Notes: generated from the letters alone by a model not told the origin. A stretch of 64,000 nucleotides of DNA from an uncultured virus (IMG/VR IMGVR_UViG_3300042350_005891) (IMGVR_UViG_3300042350_005891); one strand, 5' to 3'. Positions 39,101-49,114 are shown, counted from the stretch's first letter. Program-made: numbers and translations.

Positions 39101-42100
39101 AAACAACAGTTTGCGGATGAAAATGACCTCAACGATGATGTGTCCGACGCAGTTGATACTGCCATGGACGAGATCGACGAGGCGTTGGTTGATGTCCCAG
39201 GAGCCGCAAATGTTTCCCCGGCCCAGCGCCAGGAAGCCATGGGGATCATCGCCCAGAACATCCTTCCGACTTTCCGTGAGTCCCTGGCCTCCGAAGCCGA
39301 GAAGCTTGCCCTCGACGCGATCGTTGCCGGCAAGCAGGATCTGGCCGTTAAAGCCAAGGCTATCGGACAATCGGTTGAGGGAATCAACGCCCTTATCGAG
39401 CCGGTAAAATTAAAACTTCAGGAGGCCATTAAAAATCGTTTCCGGGAATTGGCCGCTGAGAATAATCTCCCATCGCGGGAGGTGACCCTGCCTGCCGGAG
39501 TACGGGTCGCCGGGGCTGTGCCCTCCGCTCAAAGACAAATAGCGATCAACAAGTACCGCGACATGATTGCGTCCTCGATCATCAGCGAGGATACTACAGA
39601 CCCGGACCGGGTAGCGGCGGATGTGCTTTACAACAACCTCCTTTCGGAAAACAGCAAGGAAGCACTCGACGCTTTTGAACAGTATCTAACCAATTTCGAA
39701 AACATTCGTTTGTCCCCCGAAGCAATTGACGCTGTTGTCTCCGACATTAACCAGCTTCTCAAGGGGTTCAAAGATAACGGGTCGCTTACCGAGGAGCAGG
39801 TCAACGAGTTTGTCACTAAACTAAATGCATTGTCCGTGCCTTATTACGAGGCTATTGGAGAAGAATTTGATCCGGCCAGCCCGGAATATAAAAACCTAAC
39901 CAAGAATTTCAGGGCGAATATCCTGAAGATCAGCGATGACATCATCGCCAAGAAAGACGAAAACGAAGCCAAGGAACAAGGAGTATCCTATGAACCCAAA
40001 ACCAAACCTACGACTGCCGCCGATAAACGTGAGGCAGCGCGCCGCCAGTTGGAAGCCAAAAAAGCAGGCAAGCCTACCGCCCCAGAAAGAGTTTCTGGAA
40101 AAACCGTTCCCCCTCCAGGGGAAAAAGTGGCAGGAGGCCCTGGACGTCCAGCCACCGTTCCCGGGAGACCTGGAGCTAAGCGGGATCTTGGCACCCCAAT
40201 CCCAAAAAGCTTCGTAGAATCCCCGGCACAGAGGGGCCGGATTTACCCTCTTACCGCGGTAAACACCCTTGGGAAAACTTTCCTGGACCGTATGACGGAG
40301 GAGCAAAAGCAGGACGCCGAGGCCGCGATCACGGCTATGGAGGCTTCCAAGTACAATTCATTCTATCTGGCCAACGGGCCCGGCACGGGTAAGACCTTGG
40401 TTCTATTGGCTACCGCGAAATATTATTTGGAACGTGGATTCAAGGTCGTTTATTTGACGTCATCCGATGCGGTCACACCAAACTGGGATGCCGGAACCAT
40501 AGGCGGATCGCTTCAAAAAGAAGCCGATTTGATGGGTGTTCCGCTTGCTGTTCGCGGGGCCAAGGGTCCGAATAAAAAAGGTTTACCGATTGAACATGTG
40601 CCTGGAAAAGTTCTTGTGTCTGTTTATAGTTCCGGCGAGAAAGCCCCGTATCTTGAAAAAATTTCAGCCTTAACCGATTCCAAAACCATCGTAATTTTTG
40701 ACGAGCACCACAACGGGCGAAATCTTTACAAGAAAATCCAGGAAGGTGGCGAAACTTCCTGGGCAAAGTTGATGGAAGATATCTCTCTGAAAGCCGGGCG
40801 TGTGTTGATGGCTTCAGGAACTCCGTTCGAATCTCCCGATCAGTTGTTCTCCCTTGCCCGGCTTGGAATCTTTGATAATGAAAGTCCAGACGCTTTGTTC
40901 CTACGTTTGGGCTTCCAGAAAGAGTACCTAAAAAACGACAAGAAAGCTAAGAAAAGTTACTGGAGACTCGCTGACAATGTCACTTACGAGGAAATGCAGA
41001 CACGGCTGGAAGAGTATGTCGAGGGTTTGGTGGCAAACGGCATCCTTCGTTCCCGGTCCCTAAAGTTAGATGGGGTAAATGTACAGTTCCAGGATGTTCC
41101 CCTGGACGATAACATTGTAAAAAGGCTTGAGGAGATCAAGAATAGATACGGCGGGGATCAAGTAAATAATCCAGCTTCCTTGCGGGCAATGGTCGCCGCA
41201 CAGAAAAGGGCATTGGAAGAGTACAAGGTCGAGGCAGCGGCTCGTCGTGCCATTGATGCTATTCGCCGTGGGAAGAAACCGGTTCTTTATGTTGGGTTTG
41301 TTTCCGAAGAAGACTCCCAAAATAACAAGGTTGACCCGACGGCAAGATCGCTTGAGGAGGCCATCAAGAAACTCGCTCCGGATTTGCGTATCGCAAGGAT
41401 GTACACCGGCGCCGGCCAGACCAAAGAGGAAGCGATGGTCGCTTTTAACGAAGGCGATGCCGATGTCCTGATTGCCACCAAGGAAAAGGGCGGAACTGGG
41501 ATCGAGTTGGATGATAAGTTTGGTGGCCCGAAGGATAGCCGAGAAATGATTATCCTTTCTCCGCCCATCTCCGCGATCCAGGCCGTGCAGTTGATTTATC
41601 GGGTATGGAGAACCGACAGCGCCAGCCGTCCGAATATTGTTTTCCTTGAGTCCAAAGCCGAAGTCGACCAGTACAATCTGGACCGGATGCGGGCCAAGCT
41701 CCGCTTGCTCGAAGCAACGGTAGGCTCCGGTCTTGGCCGGTTGCAGGCAGGCCAGGAACTCAAAAAAGAAATCGACCCTCGTACCTCTGTGACCAAGGTT
41801 GTCGAGCCGACCGCGGAAGAAATTGCGGCAACCGAGGCAGACCTTAAGGCGGTTCTCGGTGATGCCTATCAAAACAATCTGATCACCCTGAAAGACGCCA
41901 AAGGCGTAACCAGGACCTACCCGGTCGGCATCTCCAAGAATGACGACCATCTGGCCGCGGCCCATGCGGGTAGCACGGATGACACGGACAAAATTATTTT
42001 CAATCCGGTTCAGTTGGCCAAAGCCAAAGCAATCCTTGGGGCCGAGGCTTTCAACCGATATCTGGACCGGGTTCTTGTCGAGGAAATGATTCACGTTGAG

Positions 42101-45100
42101 ACCTTTCGTTATTACCGGGAACAGGGACTTGACCCGACCGAGGAAATCTCTGCCATCGGTTTTGCCCTGACTAAGGACACTAGACTGGCGATTGCCAGGA
42201 CTTACTTCAGCAATCAAGGCGCCGACATTTCGAGTAAAGAAGTACAGTCGATGATAACAGCTCTTGCGAACGATAATTACTTGGTCGCCATGGAAGGCAT
42301 CCGCCTTCTCGCCCAGTTGGACCTGACCCAGGGTGTGACCGAACAAGTAACCTCGGTTGACCCGGCAAGCGTGAAGCGCGCAAATGCGAGGTTAAAAGAC
42401 CTTGTTCAAGCAGAATCGAAAGACGCGCTTACCCGTTTGGGTCTGTGGCTCAGTGACATGGTTAACGCGATTAAAGGTAAGCTTGGTCTTTTGCCGTCGG
42501 CCAAAAGCAGGCTGGCCCTCCGCGATTCCCTTGAAGATGCAATCGGAAGATTGAAGTCGACCGGAAAAGATTTCTCACGCCTGGCCGATGCCGCACCCGC
42601 CGCAGCCGCTTTGCCAGAAGGGTTAACCCCCACATCTCCGCGTCCGGCCAACAAGCTCGACGGGTATGATCTTCGCATCTACCGGATGATTGAAAACGTG
42701 CTCGAGGGCCGGACGCCCGACGTGCTCGGCGTCAAGGTTTCCGACGACATGTTCAAGACGGTCAGCACCGGAGATTGGCTGGAAGCCCTCGACATCAGTT
42801 TCCGCCGCGGGTTGATCACGCGCCAGGAAAGAAGTCTTTTCCGCCAAGCCGCCAAATTCTACACGGACGGAGGACGGGTGAGCCTTCCGGCCCTCGCCAA
42901 CAAAGCCCTTGAGATGGCCGAGGACATGGAGATTGCCGGGGATTCTCTCCCGGCGGCGGCTTTCATCCCGATCTCCACCGGCCCCACGGTCACCCAGCAA
43001 TCCATTTCCGAATATGGAAAGTACCGTGTTCAAATCAGCCCGTATCTTGCGGAACCCACGGTTGCCAAATCCGCGGCCCAAGCCGTTGCCAATTACGTCA
43101 GCCGCTTCTTGGATGAGAAAGGCTCGATGGCTTTCCGTGGGCGTGTTTATACCCAGGACGAAAAACAATATCTCATAGCCGCAATCCGTGACGAGGGCTA
43201 CGACAAGTTCGCCCGCAGGCTGACGCCTGAAGTTCCCAAGCCGACCGCCACCGTTCCGGTCGGTGCAGTGACCGTGTCGGTTGGCATGGAGCCTGTGACC
43301 ATTCCGGTCGAAGCTCCGGCACCCGCTCCGGTCCCAGCCGCGCAACCCGAAACCCGTGTAAGCAAGGCCGCTTCCAACATCATCACCCAGTTCGTTGACG
43401 TTCTTCCCGAAGGACCGGTCAAGGACAAGCTCCTCGACAACTGGTTCTACCAGTCGACCCCGCGGGAGGAACAGTTTGCCATGGCCGTGGATTACATCCA
43501 GAAAAACGGGGGCCACGATGTTGTCGTCGATCACTTCCTGAGCGGCAACATCAAGACCACCCTGCCCTTGCAGGCGGCGATCGGATTTGAACTTGCCAGA
43601 TACCTCGGTACCAAGGCCAAGACCGATCTGCTCGCCCAGGAACAACTGGCCGAAGTGATGATCAGACTCGCCCGCAAATACGGCACGGAGCCCGGACAAG
43701 CCGTCGATCTTTGGAACGCGCTTAGCGATTTGGCCGAGAACCCCGAGGTGATGAAGGTGGTCATCGGTCGGCAGATTGACGCGGCTGTCAGCGGAAGACT
43801 TGCTGGATACGCCGAGGAGGAAGCCGAGGTCAAGTCCGGGCTCAACGACGCCAACCGCCGTGCGGCTGACAAGATGGTTCTCAGCCCCAAGAACCAGAAG
43901 GCAATCGCGGCCCTAGCCGAGCTTGTTGAGCTTAACAAAAAACAGGTTCCGGTGTCGCAGTTTGAGGCTGCTCTCAACGCGTTCCTTAACAGCGATGAAG
44001 CCAAGAATGATGCCGTTGAGTTCCTCGGTGAGGACCTGGCTGCGACTTCCCCAATCGAGGGGAGTGATGCCGACGAGATCCGTCTCAACCCCAAGCAGAC
44101 CAAGGCTCTGGCCCGTCTGATCCTGAACATCATCCAAAAGGCCGACAATCCCGTGGCCATGGCTCAAAGCCCGGACAAAATCCTTCAAGCTCTGTACCTG
44201 GTTCCAGGCATCAAGGATTCGAAGAATCCGGAGAACGTCCGCAGAAAGCTGGAATTGTATCTGGACGGAGCGTTGGACTTCGCCGTCAAACAGTTTGGGG
44301 CGGAAGCCATTCGCGCCGCCCGGCTCCGCGAGGGGCGCGAGCTTCCCGAGAGCGAGACCCCTGGAGAGATCGAGCCGGTTCAGACCCGCGGTGAAGCACG
44401 TCGCCAGCGTAAAGACACAATTACAAAACTCAAGAAGGAGTCCCCCATCCCTGTATTTATCGAAGGCGAAGGAACCGTGGCCGATGAAGCCGTTGCCTTG
44501 GCCGACGGTCTTGTGGACTATCTGATTCTTGCGGCTGAGCAGGAACAAAAAGAGCCCAAGATCAAGACCATCGCAGAGAGGTTTGCCGCCGACTTAAAGA
44601 GAATGGTTCGCAACCGGATCAAGGAAAAGGGCGGCTTGCAACCGGCCTTTGAAAAACCCGCACCTCCGACTGCCGCCGAAACCATGCAGGAGCGTATTGC
44701 GAAAAACAGTATTATCCAGGAAGCCATTGAGATGGCCAAGGACGGCCTTAAGAACACTTATTCCGAAGAAGAGTTGATCGGCCTTGAGCCGCTTTTTGAC
44801 GACGTCTTCGGTCGCATCTTTACGGTTTCCGAAATCAAGCGTGCCCTTCGCACCCTGTCCTCGATCGGCGGAAAGGACGTCAATGTCCGTAGCCTGATCC
44901 GGGAAAGCAAGGGAGACCTGATGACCTTCGAGGACAAGCTGGGCGAACTCCTGTTGCAGAACACCAATCTTGACCTGGCCGAAAGAAAGCAGGTGCTGGA
45001 TTATCTGCGGGATGGCATGGCCGAATTGATTTCCCAGGAACGCAAAGCCGAGCTTGAGCGGATCAAGAACCGGTTCGAACGTTCCAAGGAGCGCAAGACC

Positions 45101-47509
45101 CGCAAGATGCGGTCGGCGCTGGACCGCCTCATTGAAGCGGTCAACCTCGGTGTGTTGTCCGACAACGAGGTATTCTCGCAGATGCGCGGTCAACTCGGCT
45201 TGCCGGAACTCAAGGCCGAGGAACGCCAGCGGCTCAACAAACTCATCGAGGATCTTCCGCTTTACCCCAAGGGCATGATCCGCAACAAGAAGATTTCGGA
45301 GATGTACCAGTACGTCAAGCTGATCTCCCCGCAAGCTTGGGGCGATCTGATCGTCAATTACCAAACCTCAAACCTTTTGGCCGGTGCCGGTACGATCGGT
45401 ATCAATGCCTGGTCAGCCTACTTCTCCAACCTTCTCAACGGGGCAATCTTGGGGATGTTCGGTTCGACTTACAACCTCCTTGGAAACAAGACCAAGGGGA
45501 AAGCTTACACCCAAGCCGCGATCGATCTCAACGCCGCACTCTGGGCCGGAAAGAAACCGGCATGGAAAGCCGCGCAGAATGTGTTCTTCAAGGGAGATTA
45601 CTCCAGCGTGCAGGACGCCCTGACGATGGAGCTTGGCGGAGTCAACATCTGGGAAGCCATCCTCAATCAGGCCGAGGCTTACCGTTCCGGCAAAGCCGGC
45701 GCGGTCAAACCCGAGTTGCCGGTCAAGGTTCTCGGCCAGGAGTACCGCATCCCGCTGGACTCCAAACTTGTCAGCAGTAAGTACGGGGCGTTGGCTCCCT
45801 TCATTTGGTTTGGCCGTGCGATGGCCGCTGGCGACGCCATCAATAAAATCACCTCCAAGAAGATGTACGAGATCGCGGAAGCGACCAACATTGCCGCGGC
45901 AAAATTCAAGGAGCAGGATAAAATCGAGGCCGAGGTAGCACGCCTTCTCAACAACTCTCCCGAAGCCAGACGCCGGGCCGAAGCCAAAGCCGCCGCCGAA
46001 GCGGAGGAGTTTGCCATGACCCCGGAACAGCAGGCCCTGCGCGTCGAGGAGATCATGGAGCAGGGCCGTCCCGACGAGGAAGATGTCAGACTTCTGGCCG
46101 AAAGGACACGGGAGTTTGCGGCCCGGGCCACCTTTACCAACAACTTCGAGGGATGGTTCGGTCTTCTGGCCGACGGTCTCACCTCGCTTTCCGCGAAGGC
46201 TTGGCCGCTTCGCCTCTTCATCAAGTTCCTTCGTACCGGCTCAAGCCTCGCCAACGAGGTTCTCAACTTCATGCCGGTCGTCTCGACCGTGCGGTTCTAT
46301 CGCGGCTCCGCGGCGATGCTCAAGGAATCCAAATACTACCGTCCGCCACCCACGCCCGGAACCGTCGAACACGATCTTCTCCTCGGCAAGATGACCATCG
46401 GTTATGTGATGACGGCCACTCTGCTTCTCGCCATGAAGGAAGCCTTGGACGGCGAGGACGATCCTTACTTCAACATCCACTTCAAAGGCCCGCTTGACCC
46501 GGCCCAGCGCGAGGCTTTCTTCGCCGCCGGCGGCAAGCTCCGCTCGATCCAGGTCGGGCGGTGGCGCGACGGCAAGCCCCAGTTCTTCAGCTTCGAAGGT
46601 TTCCCGGTCGGCATGTCCGCCCCATTGATCTTGTCCGCGGCCATCGTGGAAGCCATGCGCTACGAGAAGCGGTCGACCGCCGAGGCCGTTGTCATGTCCT
46701 CCGTCACCGGCGGTGCGCTGGCGATGTACGGCGTTCTGGACATGGCGGCGTTGTCGGGTCTGCGGCAGATCATGTCGCTGACCTCACCCGGAGTCGGGCA
46801 GAAAGATCCCAAGAGTATCGTGAGCAACCTGACCAAGACGATGGGCAACGTCGTCGGCGGATTGATCCCGGGATACGCCACGCTCCGTGACATCGAACAG
46901 GTTTGGAACGGGTTCACCGGAGCGCCGTCCGCCAGACCCTACGAACAGAACCTGGCGTCCACCTTCCTGCAAAGCGTTCCGTTCGCCTCCAAGATCGGTG
47001 ACCCGGATCTCAACTTCCTCGGAGGTAACGTCAAGACCCAGCTGGCAAACACGGCTCCGCTCATCCGGCGTCTCACCACCTTCGGCGTGGACTCACGGGA
47101 CTACGACATGGGCGACCGCAGTGACCAGGCAATCACCGACAAGCTGGTGTCCCTGTTTGCCTCCAACCGCACATCGCTGGATTGGGATGCCGGCCCGCTC
47201 AAGGATTTCGCCATGATGGAACTGATCGCCCAGGCCAAGCAGGACGGACAGGATCTTACGTCCGACGACTTCTTTGAGCTCCGCCGTGAGCTTACCCCGG
47301 AGGAGAAATACGAATGGCTCCAGAGGGCCGGCCCCGTGATCAGAGAGCAGCTGGGTACCATGATTCCCGACCTGGAGCGGCTCGGTCGCGCCGAGTTTAT
47401 CACCCTTGTCCGCCAGGTTGCCAACCCCATCAAGAGGCAGATCCTCCAGCAGATTCTTCTGGAAAAGAATCAGCAGGCTATCTTGTATCCGGAACGGACC
47501 GGATTATAA
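36164..47509 (+). CDS. Giant polyvalent internal virion protein (3781 aa) with Strawberry-notch-like SF2 helicase
   Basis: NGPGTGKT, FDEHH, SGTP, GGTGIELDD, QLIYRVWR; EEMIH zincin-like motif; sigma-like segment; position at the end of the tail module. Confidence 0.8.
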   Translation: MADPINPQEDQAVETQAQTNPEIEGLFQEQAALTPQQEIDSLFAGPESGLAQAQNLIQLRDDPQALDFFLGTAERFRKGQLPFNQQSWEDAQANVQRYQEETLPKLNEAQQKGNWSDMAKIGIGGVGKVLGAYIQSGFGATNEEMEKAQQSLAARNFIGTISDPKEAARALELAAIYSDELDAKKSIVPEGQKPAMAFGTGPMTAKLGMNLAQAEEYLRDLESDRTKKLGTAGLRNFAMQSGDAFLPFVSIGDVIIDNENDPDQVARRAALTNKINDVIQKDYGVSTLAGAAAGSVGSFIGVGAAATKLLGQAGKLADATIKTPTLLSRGATYATIGASQSFEGDPRNLSFGQRLASIFSESAILGLAEGLGNKLENSVDNAMSNYLVASALGKELPEFAPVISSASKILGTTLGETASEEIEAVLRGQDPVEPFLQNLGVSFGVGLGMAVPGMTGAALAARRAKIYQKANNDFTKIMESVVNNIKADPNLSEADKQNEYNQLRQKFNTPQALNIIDATIVGASLDATTSPESKKVVDETIEANKQDAVESLLAKKVAEAKGVPPAPAQPEVLGTITGPVDEAQAEEAFAEVVGMFEQGANNIPIENTPGNEAKIKWLEGQGRIVGEFSPDNKTYIIKNVKDIGGNWLRGEPPSEYDADFKDQLIQMAEDAGLEQQLIDQMYDELFGEAADEEAVKRISEFYLGPDAYDLAREADLNVRQENVDQEAQVELRIKSYNQRIDDLQKKLKEALPEDRAELEGVIAQLVQARDLELGERAQRGELSVAALVKKYEGEVDKELDEEEKERKRSGRLAPELEQRPEVILPINNPDSDRYAKANKYNEPDPRENDINALDRVFNLKRPETVKLLQSLGALDENLRPLMTPAEVAQAFIDRKQSYLRGKALSGYQGFNIADEVSDAFIKEFQYAIRTGVPVISLSTLFNSRLRDFIRLARPRMRAGVGLGMAVDFDKPGIRVGRVNKQQFADENDLNDDVSDAVDTAMDEIDEALVDVPGAANVSPAQRQEAMGIIAQNILPTFRESLASEAEKLALDAIVAGKQDLAVKAKAIGQSVEGINALIEPVKLKLQEAIKNRFRELAAENNLPSREVTLPAGVRVAGAVPSAQRQIAINKYRDMIASSIISEDTTDPDRVAADVLYNNLLSENSKEALDAFEQYLTNFENIRLSPEAIDAVVSDINQLLKGFKDNGSLTEEQVNEFVTKLNALSVPYYEAIGEEFDPASPEYKNLTKNFRANILKISDDIIAKKDENEAKEQGVSYEPKTKPTTAADKREAARRQLEAKKAGKPTAPERVSGKTVPPPGEKVAGGPGRPATVPGRPGAKRDLGTPIPKSFVESPAQRGRIYPLTAVNTLGKTFLDRMTEEQKQDAEAAITAMEASKYNSFYLANGPGTGKTLVLLATAKYYLERGFKVVYLTSSDAVTPNWDAGTIGGSLQKEADLMGVPLAVRGAKGPNKKGLPIEHVPGKVLVSVYSSGEKAPYLEKISALTDSKTIVIFDEHHNGRNLYKKIQEGGETSWAKLMEDISLKAGRVLMASGTPFESPDQLFSLARLGIFDNESPDALFLRLGFQKEYLKNDKKAKKSYWRLADNVTYEEMQTRLEEYVEGLVANGILRSRSLKLDGVNVQFQDVPLDDNIVKRLEEIKNRYGGDQVNNPASLRAMVAAQKRALEEYKVEAAARRAIDAIRRGKKPVLYVGFVSEEDSQNNKVDPTARSLEEAIKKLAPDLRIARMYTGAGQTKEEAMVAFNEGDADVLIATKEKGGTGIELDDKFGGPKDSREMIILSPPISAIQAVQLIYRVWRTDSASRPNIVFLESKAEVDQYNLDRMRAKLRLLEATVGSGLGRLQAGQELKKEIDPRTSVTKVVEPTAEEIAATEADLKAVLGDAYQNNLITLKDAKGVTRTYPVGISKNDDHLAAAHAGSTDDTDKIIFNPVQLAKAKAILGAEAFNRYLDRVLVEEMIHVETFRYYREQGLDPTEEISAIGFALTKDTRLAIARTYFSNQGADISSKEVQSMITALANDNYLVAMEGIRLLAQLDLTQGVTEQVTSVDPASVKRANARLKDLVQAESKDALTRLGLWLSDMVNAIKGKLGLLPSAKSRLALRDSLEDAIGRLKSTGKDFSRLADAAPAAAALPEGLTPTSPRPANKLDGYDLRIYRMIENVLEGRTPDVLGVKVSDDMFKTVSTGDWLEALDISFRRGLITRQERSLFRQAAKFYTDGGRVSLPALANKALEMAEDMEIAGDSLPAAAFIPISTGPTVTQQSISEYGKYRVQISPYLAEPTVAKSAAQAVANYVSRFLDEKGSMAFRGRVYTQDEKQYLIAAIRDEGYDKFARRLTPEVPKPTATVPVGAVTVSVGMEPVTIPVEAPAPAPVPAAQPETRVSKAASNIITQFVDVLPEGPVKDKLLDNWFYQSTPREEQFAMAVDYIQKNGGHDVVVDHFLSGNIKTTLPLQAAIGFELARYLGTKAKTDLLAQEQLAEVMIRLARKYGTEPGQAVDLWNALSDLAENPEVMKVVIGRQIDAAVSGRLAGYAEEEAEVKSGLNDANRRAADKMVLSPKNQKAIAALAELVELNKKQVPVSQFEAALNAFLNSDEAKNDAVEFLGEDLAATSPIEGSDADEIRLNPKQTKALARLILNIIQKADNPVAMAQSPDKILQALYLVPGIKDSKNPENVRRKLELYLDGALDFAVKQFGAEAIRAARLREGRELPESETPGEIEPVQTRGEARRQRKDTITKLKKESPIPVFIEGEGTVADEAVALADGLVDYLILAAEQEQKEPKIKTIAERFAADLKRMVRNRIKEKGGLQPAFEKPAPPTAAETMQERIAKNSIIQEAIEMAKDGLKNTYSEEELIGLEPLFDDVFGRIFTVSEIKRALRTLSSIGGKDVNVRSLIRESKGDLMTFEDKLGELLLQNTNLDLAERKQVLDYLRDGMAELISQERKAELERIKNRFERSKERKTRKMRSALDRLIEAVNLGVLSDNEVFSQMRGQLGLPELKAEERQRLNKLIEDLPLYPKGMIRNKKISEMYQYVKLISPQAWGDLIVNYQTSNLLAGAGTIGINAWSAYFSNLLNGAILGMFGSTYNLLGNKTKGKAYTQAAIDLNAALWAGKKPAWKAAQNVFFKGDYSSVQDALTMELGGVNIWEAILNQAEAYRSGKAGAVKPELPVKVLGQEYRIPLDSKLVSSKYGALAPFIWFGRAMAAGDAINKITSKKMYEIAEATNIAAAKFKEQDKIEAEVARLLNNSPEARRRAEAKAAAEAEEFAMTPEQQALRVEEIMEQGRPDEEDVRLLAERTREFAARATFTNNFEGWFGLLADGLTSLSAKAWPLRLFIKFLRTGSSLANEVLNFMPVVSTVRFYRGSAAMLKESKYYRPPPTPGTVEHDLLLGKMTIGYVMTATLLLAMKEALDGEDDPYFNIHFKGPLDPAQREAFFAAGGKLRSIQVGRWRDGKPQFFSFEGFPVGMSAPLILSAAIVEAMRYEKRSTAEAVVMSSVTGGALAMYGVLDMAALSGLRQIMSLTSPGVGQKDPKSIVSNLTKTMGNVVGGLIPGYATLRDIEQVWNGFTGAPSARPYEQNLASTFLQSVPFASKIGDPDLNFLGGNVKTQLANTAPLIRRLTTFGVDSRDYDMGDRSDQAITDKLVSLFASNRTSLDWDAGPLKDFAMMELIAQAKQDGQDLTSDDFFELRRELTPEEKYEWLQRAGPVIREQLGTMIPDLERLGRAEFITLVRQVANPIKRQILQQILLEKNQQAILYPERTGL

Positions 47510-47510
47510 T
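47483..47510 (+). promoter_or_regulatory. sigma70-type promoter (leaderless)
   Basis: TTGTAT-16-TATAAT, 6 nt before ATG 47517. Confidence 0.7.
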
Positions 47511-47516
47511 TCCGCC

Positions 47517-48056
47517 ATGGACCAGACAGCGATCCTAAGGAAAAAGTACGGCCCGGCGTACCAAAAGAAGATAGACTTTTTCAAACAGGTCGCGGCTCCC
47601 GCGGTGGTGGCAGCTGAGAAACTGGGTATCGACCCCAAGCTTTTGATGTCCCAGGCGGCGCTCGAATCCGGGTGGGCCGGGTCTGAACTGGCCAAGAAAG
47701 CCAAGAATCTTGGTGGCGTGAAAATGAAGGGAGACCAGCCTTACGTGGAGATGGATTCCGCCGAGGGTTATGGGAAGAACAGGCGGATGGAGAAAAGCAA
47801 GTTTGCGGCCTACCCATCCTACGACGCCTTCTTTCAGGAGTGGCCCAAGACTTTTTCCCAGCCCAGGTATTCCGAAGCCTTGAAGCAGAAGACCCCGGAG
47901 TCTTTTGCCAAAAGCCTGGGCAAGGCCGGGTACTTTACCGAGGACCCCAACAAGTATGCCAACCTTATGAAAAATATTTACCGGGACATTGACAAAATGA
48001 TGATGGACCCAAGCATCATTGAATCGAGGATTGCCGGCCAGGGAGGGACACGATAA
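47517..48056 (+). CDS. GH73 glucosaminidase / FlgJ-like peptidoglycan hydrolase
   Basis: SQAALESGW, NLGGVK, GYFTEDPNKYA. Confidence 0.85.
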   Translation: MDQTAILRKKYGPAYQKKIDFFKQVAAPAVVAAEKLGIDPKLLMSQAALESGWAGSELAKKAKNLGGVKMKGDQPYVEMDSAEGYGKNRRMEKSKFAAYPSYDAFFQEWPKTFSQPRYSEALKQKTPESFAKSLGKAGYFTEDPNKYANLMKNIYRDIDKMMMDPSIIESRIAGQGGTR

Positions 48057-48349
48057 TGCCCCTCGGAAAAGCCAGCATGCCATGCAACCAGCCGAGGGCC
48101 AGCACACGTCCCGGCAAAAAGAAGATGGTCAAAGCTTGCGAAGGCGGCAAGGAACGCCTCGTACACTTTGGGGCCAAAGGATACGGTCACAACTATTCGA
48201 CCGCCGCGCGCAAATCCTTCCGGGCCCGCCACAACTGCGCCAATCCGGGGAGCAAGCTGAGCGCCCGTTACTGGGCCTGCAAGCACCTCTGGGCTGGCCC
48301 AGGCGGCTCTACCCAATCCAGTCCCTCCAACCGGAAAGGAAAATACTGA
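48056..48349 (+). CDS. Small basic phage protein
   Basis: VHFGAKG...KSFRARHNC...SARYWAC motif, widespread in aquatic phages. Confidence 0.8.
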   Translation: MPLGKASMPCNQPRASTRPGKKKMVKACEGGKERLVHFGAKGYGHNYSTAARKSFRARHNCANPGSKLSARYWACKHLWAGPGGSTQSSPSNRKGKY

Positions 48350-48543
48350 TGTTATGGCCCATCTTTTTCTTCGTCGGGGTTGTCCTTATCTTTGTGTTCT
48401 GGCGTCCCCGCGATCGCAGGGGAGGTTGGGTGGAGATGACCGCCGAGGAGCGGTATCTTTTGGCAAAGAAAATTTTCACCCGCGATCCCGGCGCGTTTAA
48501 GGACAAGGACGAAGACGGGGTCGAGGATATCCTGGAGAAATAA
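48349..48543 (+). CDS. Small membrane protein
   Basis: N-terminal TM; C-terminal DKDEDGVED; TGATG coupling. Confidence 0.6.
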   Translation: MLWPIFFFVGVVLIFVFWRPRDRRGGWVEMTAEERYLLAKKIFTRDPGAFKDKDEDGVEDILEK

Positions 48544-48544
48544 C

Positions 48545-48694
48545 ATGGCTGGAATAGGAAAGAAAAAAGCAGACGACGCCTGCACCCGGAAGGTGAAAGC
48601 CAGATACCGGGTGTGGCCTTCCGCCTACGCCAGTGGAGCGCTCGTCCGATGCCGCAAGGTCGGGGCGGACAACTGGGGGAAGGGTAAAAAATAA
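48545..48694 (+). CDS. Small basic protein (49 aa)
   Basis: Translated manually: DACTRKVKARYRVWPSAYASGALVRCRK. Confidence 0.75.
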   Translation: MAGIGKKKADDACTRKVKARYRVWPSAYASGALVRCRKVGADNWGKGKK

Positions 48695-48927
48695 TGGCTT
48701 TCGAACTGGAGAAAAAGTATGGCCTCCATGGATGGTTCAAGCGTAACAAAGGGAAAGGCTGGGTTAACTGCAAAACAGGCGGACCGTGTGGCCGCTCGGA
48801 CTCCAGCAAAGGCAGCTATCCGGCGTGCCGTCCGACAATGTCTATGTGTTCAGCCTCGGCTCGTAAGAAGAAAGGCCCGGAACGGATAAGCTGGAAAAAG
48901 AAGGGGGGCCTGGGTAAAGGCTCTTGA
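48694..48927 (+). CDS. Small basic Cys-containing protein
   Basis: LHGWF...WVNC...PCGR...YPACRP. Confidence 0.75.
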   Translation: MAFELEKKYGLHGWFKRNKGKGWVNCKTGGPCGRSDSSKGSYPACRPTMSMCSASARKKKGPERISWKKKGGLGKGS

Positions 48928-48951
48928 CGCCAATATCCTTGTCTATAACAT
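48924..48951 (+). promoter_or_regulatory. sigma70-type promoter (leaderless)
   Basis: TTGACG-16-TAACAT, 6 nt before ATG. Confidence 0.65.
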
Positions 48952-48957
48952 AGATCC

Positions 48958-49113
48958 ATGCCCCTAGGTAAAAACGTTTCCAAGAATATCAGCGAGCTTT
49001 ACGCTGACAATAAGAAGCAAGGCAAGGCTCGTGGAGCCGGCGGCAAGCCGCGTTCCAAGGCCCAGATCATCGCCATCGCATTGAGCGCGGCTGGCAAGTC
49101 GAAAGGCAAATAA
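48958..49113 (+). CDS. Small basic protein (51 aa)
   Basis: Translated manually: VSKNISEL...KAQIIAIALSAAGKS. Confidence 0.75.
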   Translation: MPLGKNVSKNISELYADNKKQGKARGAGGKPRSKAQIIAIALSAAGKSKGK

Positions 49114-49114
49114 T

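Noticed and set aside
36164..47509. Virion RNA polymerase (N4- or crAss-like)
   Set aside because: No DxDGD or T7-type catalytic motifs seen; the motifs present are SF2 helicase
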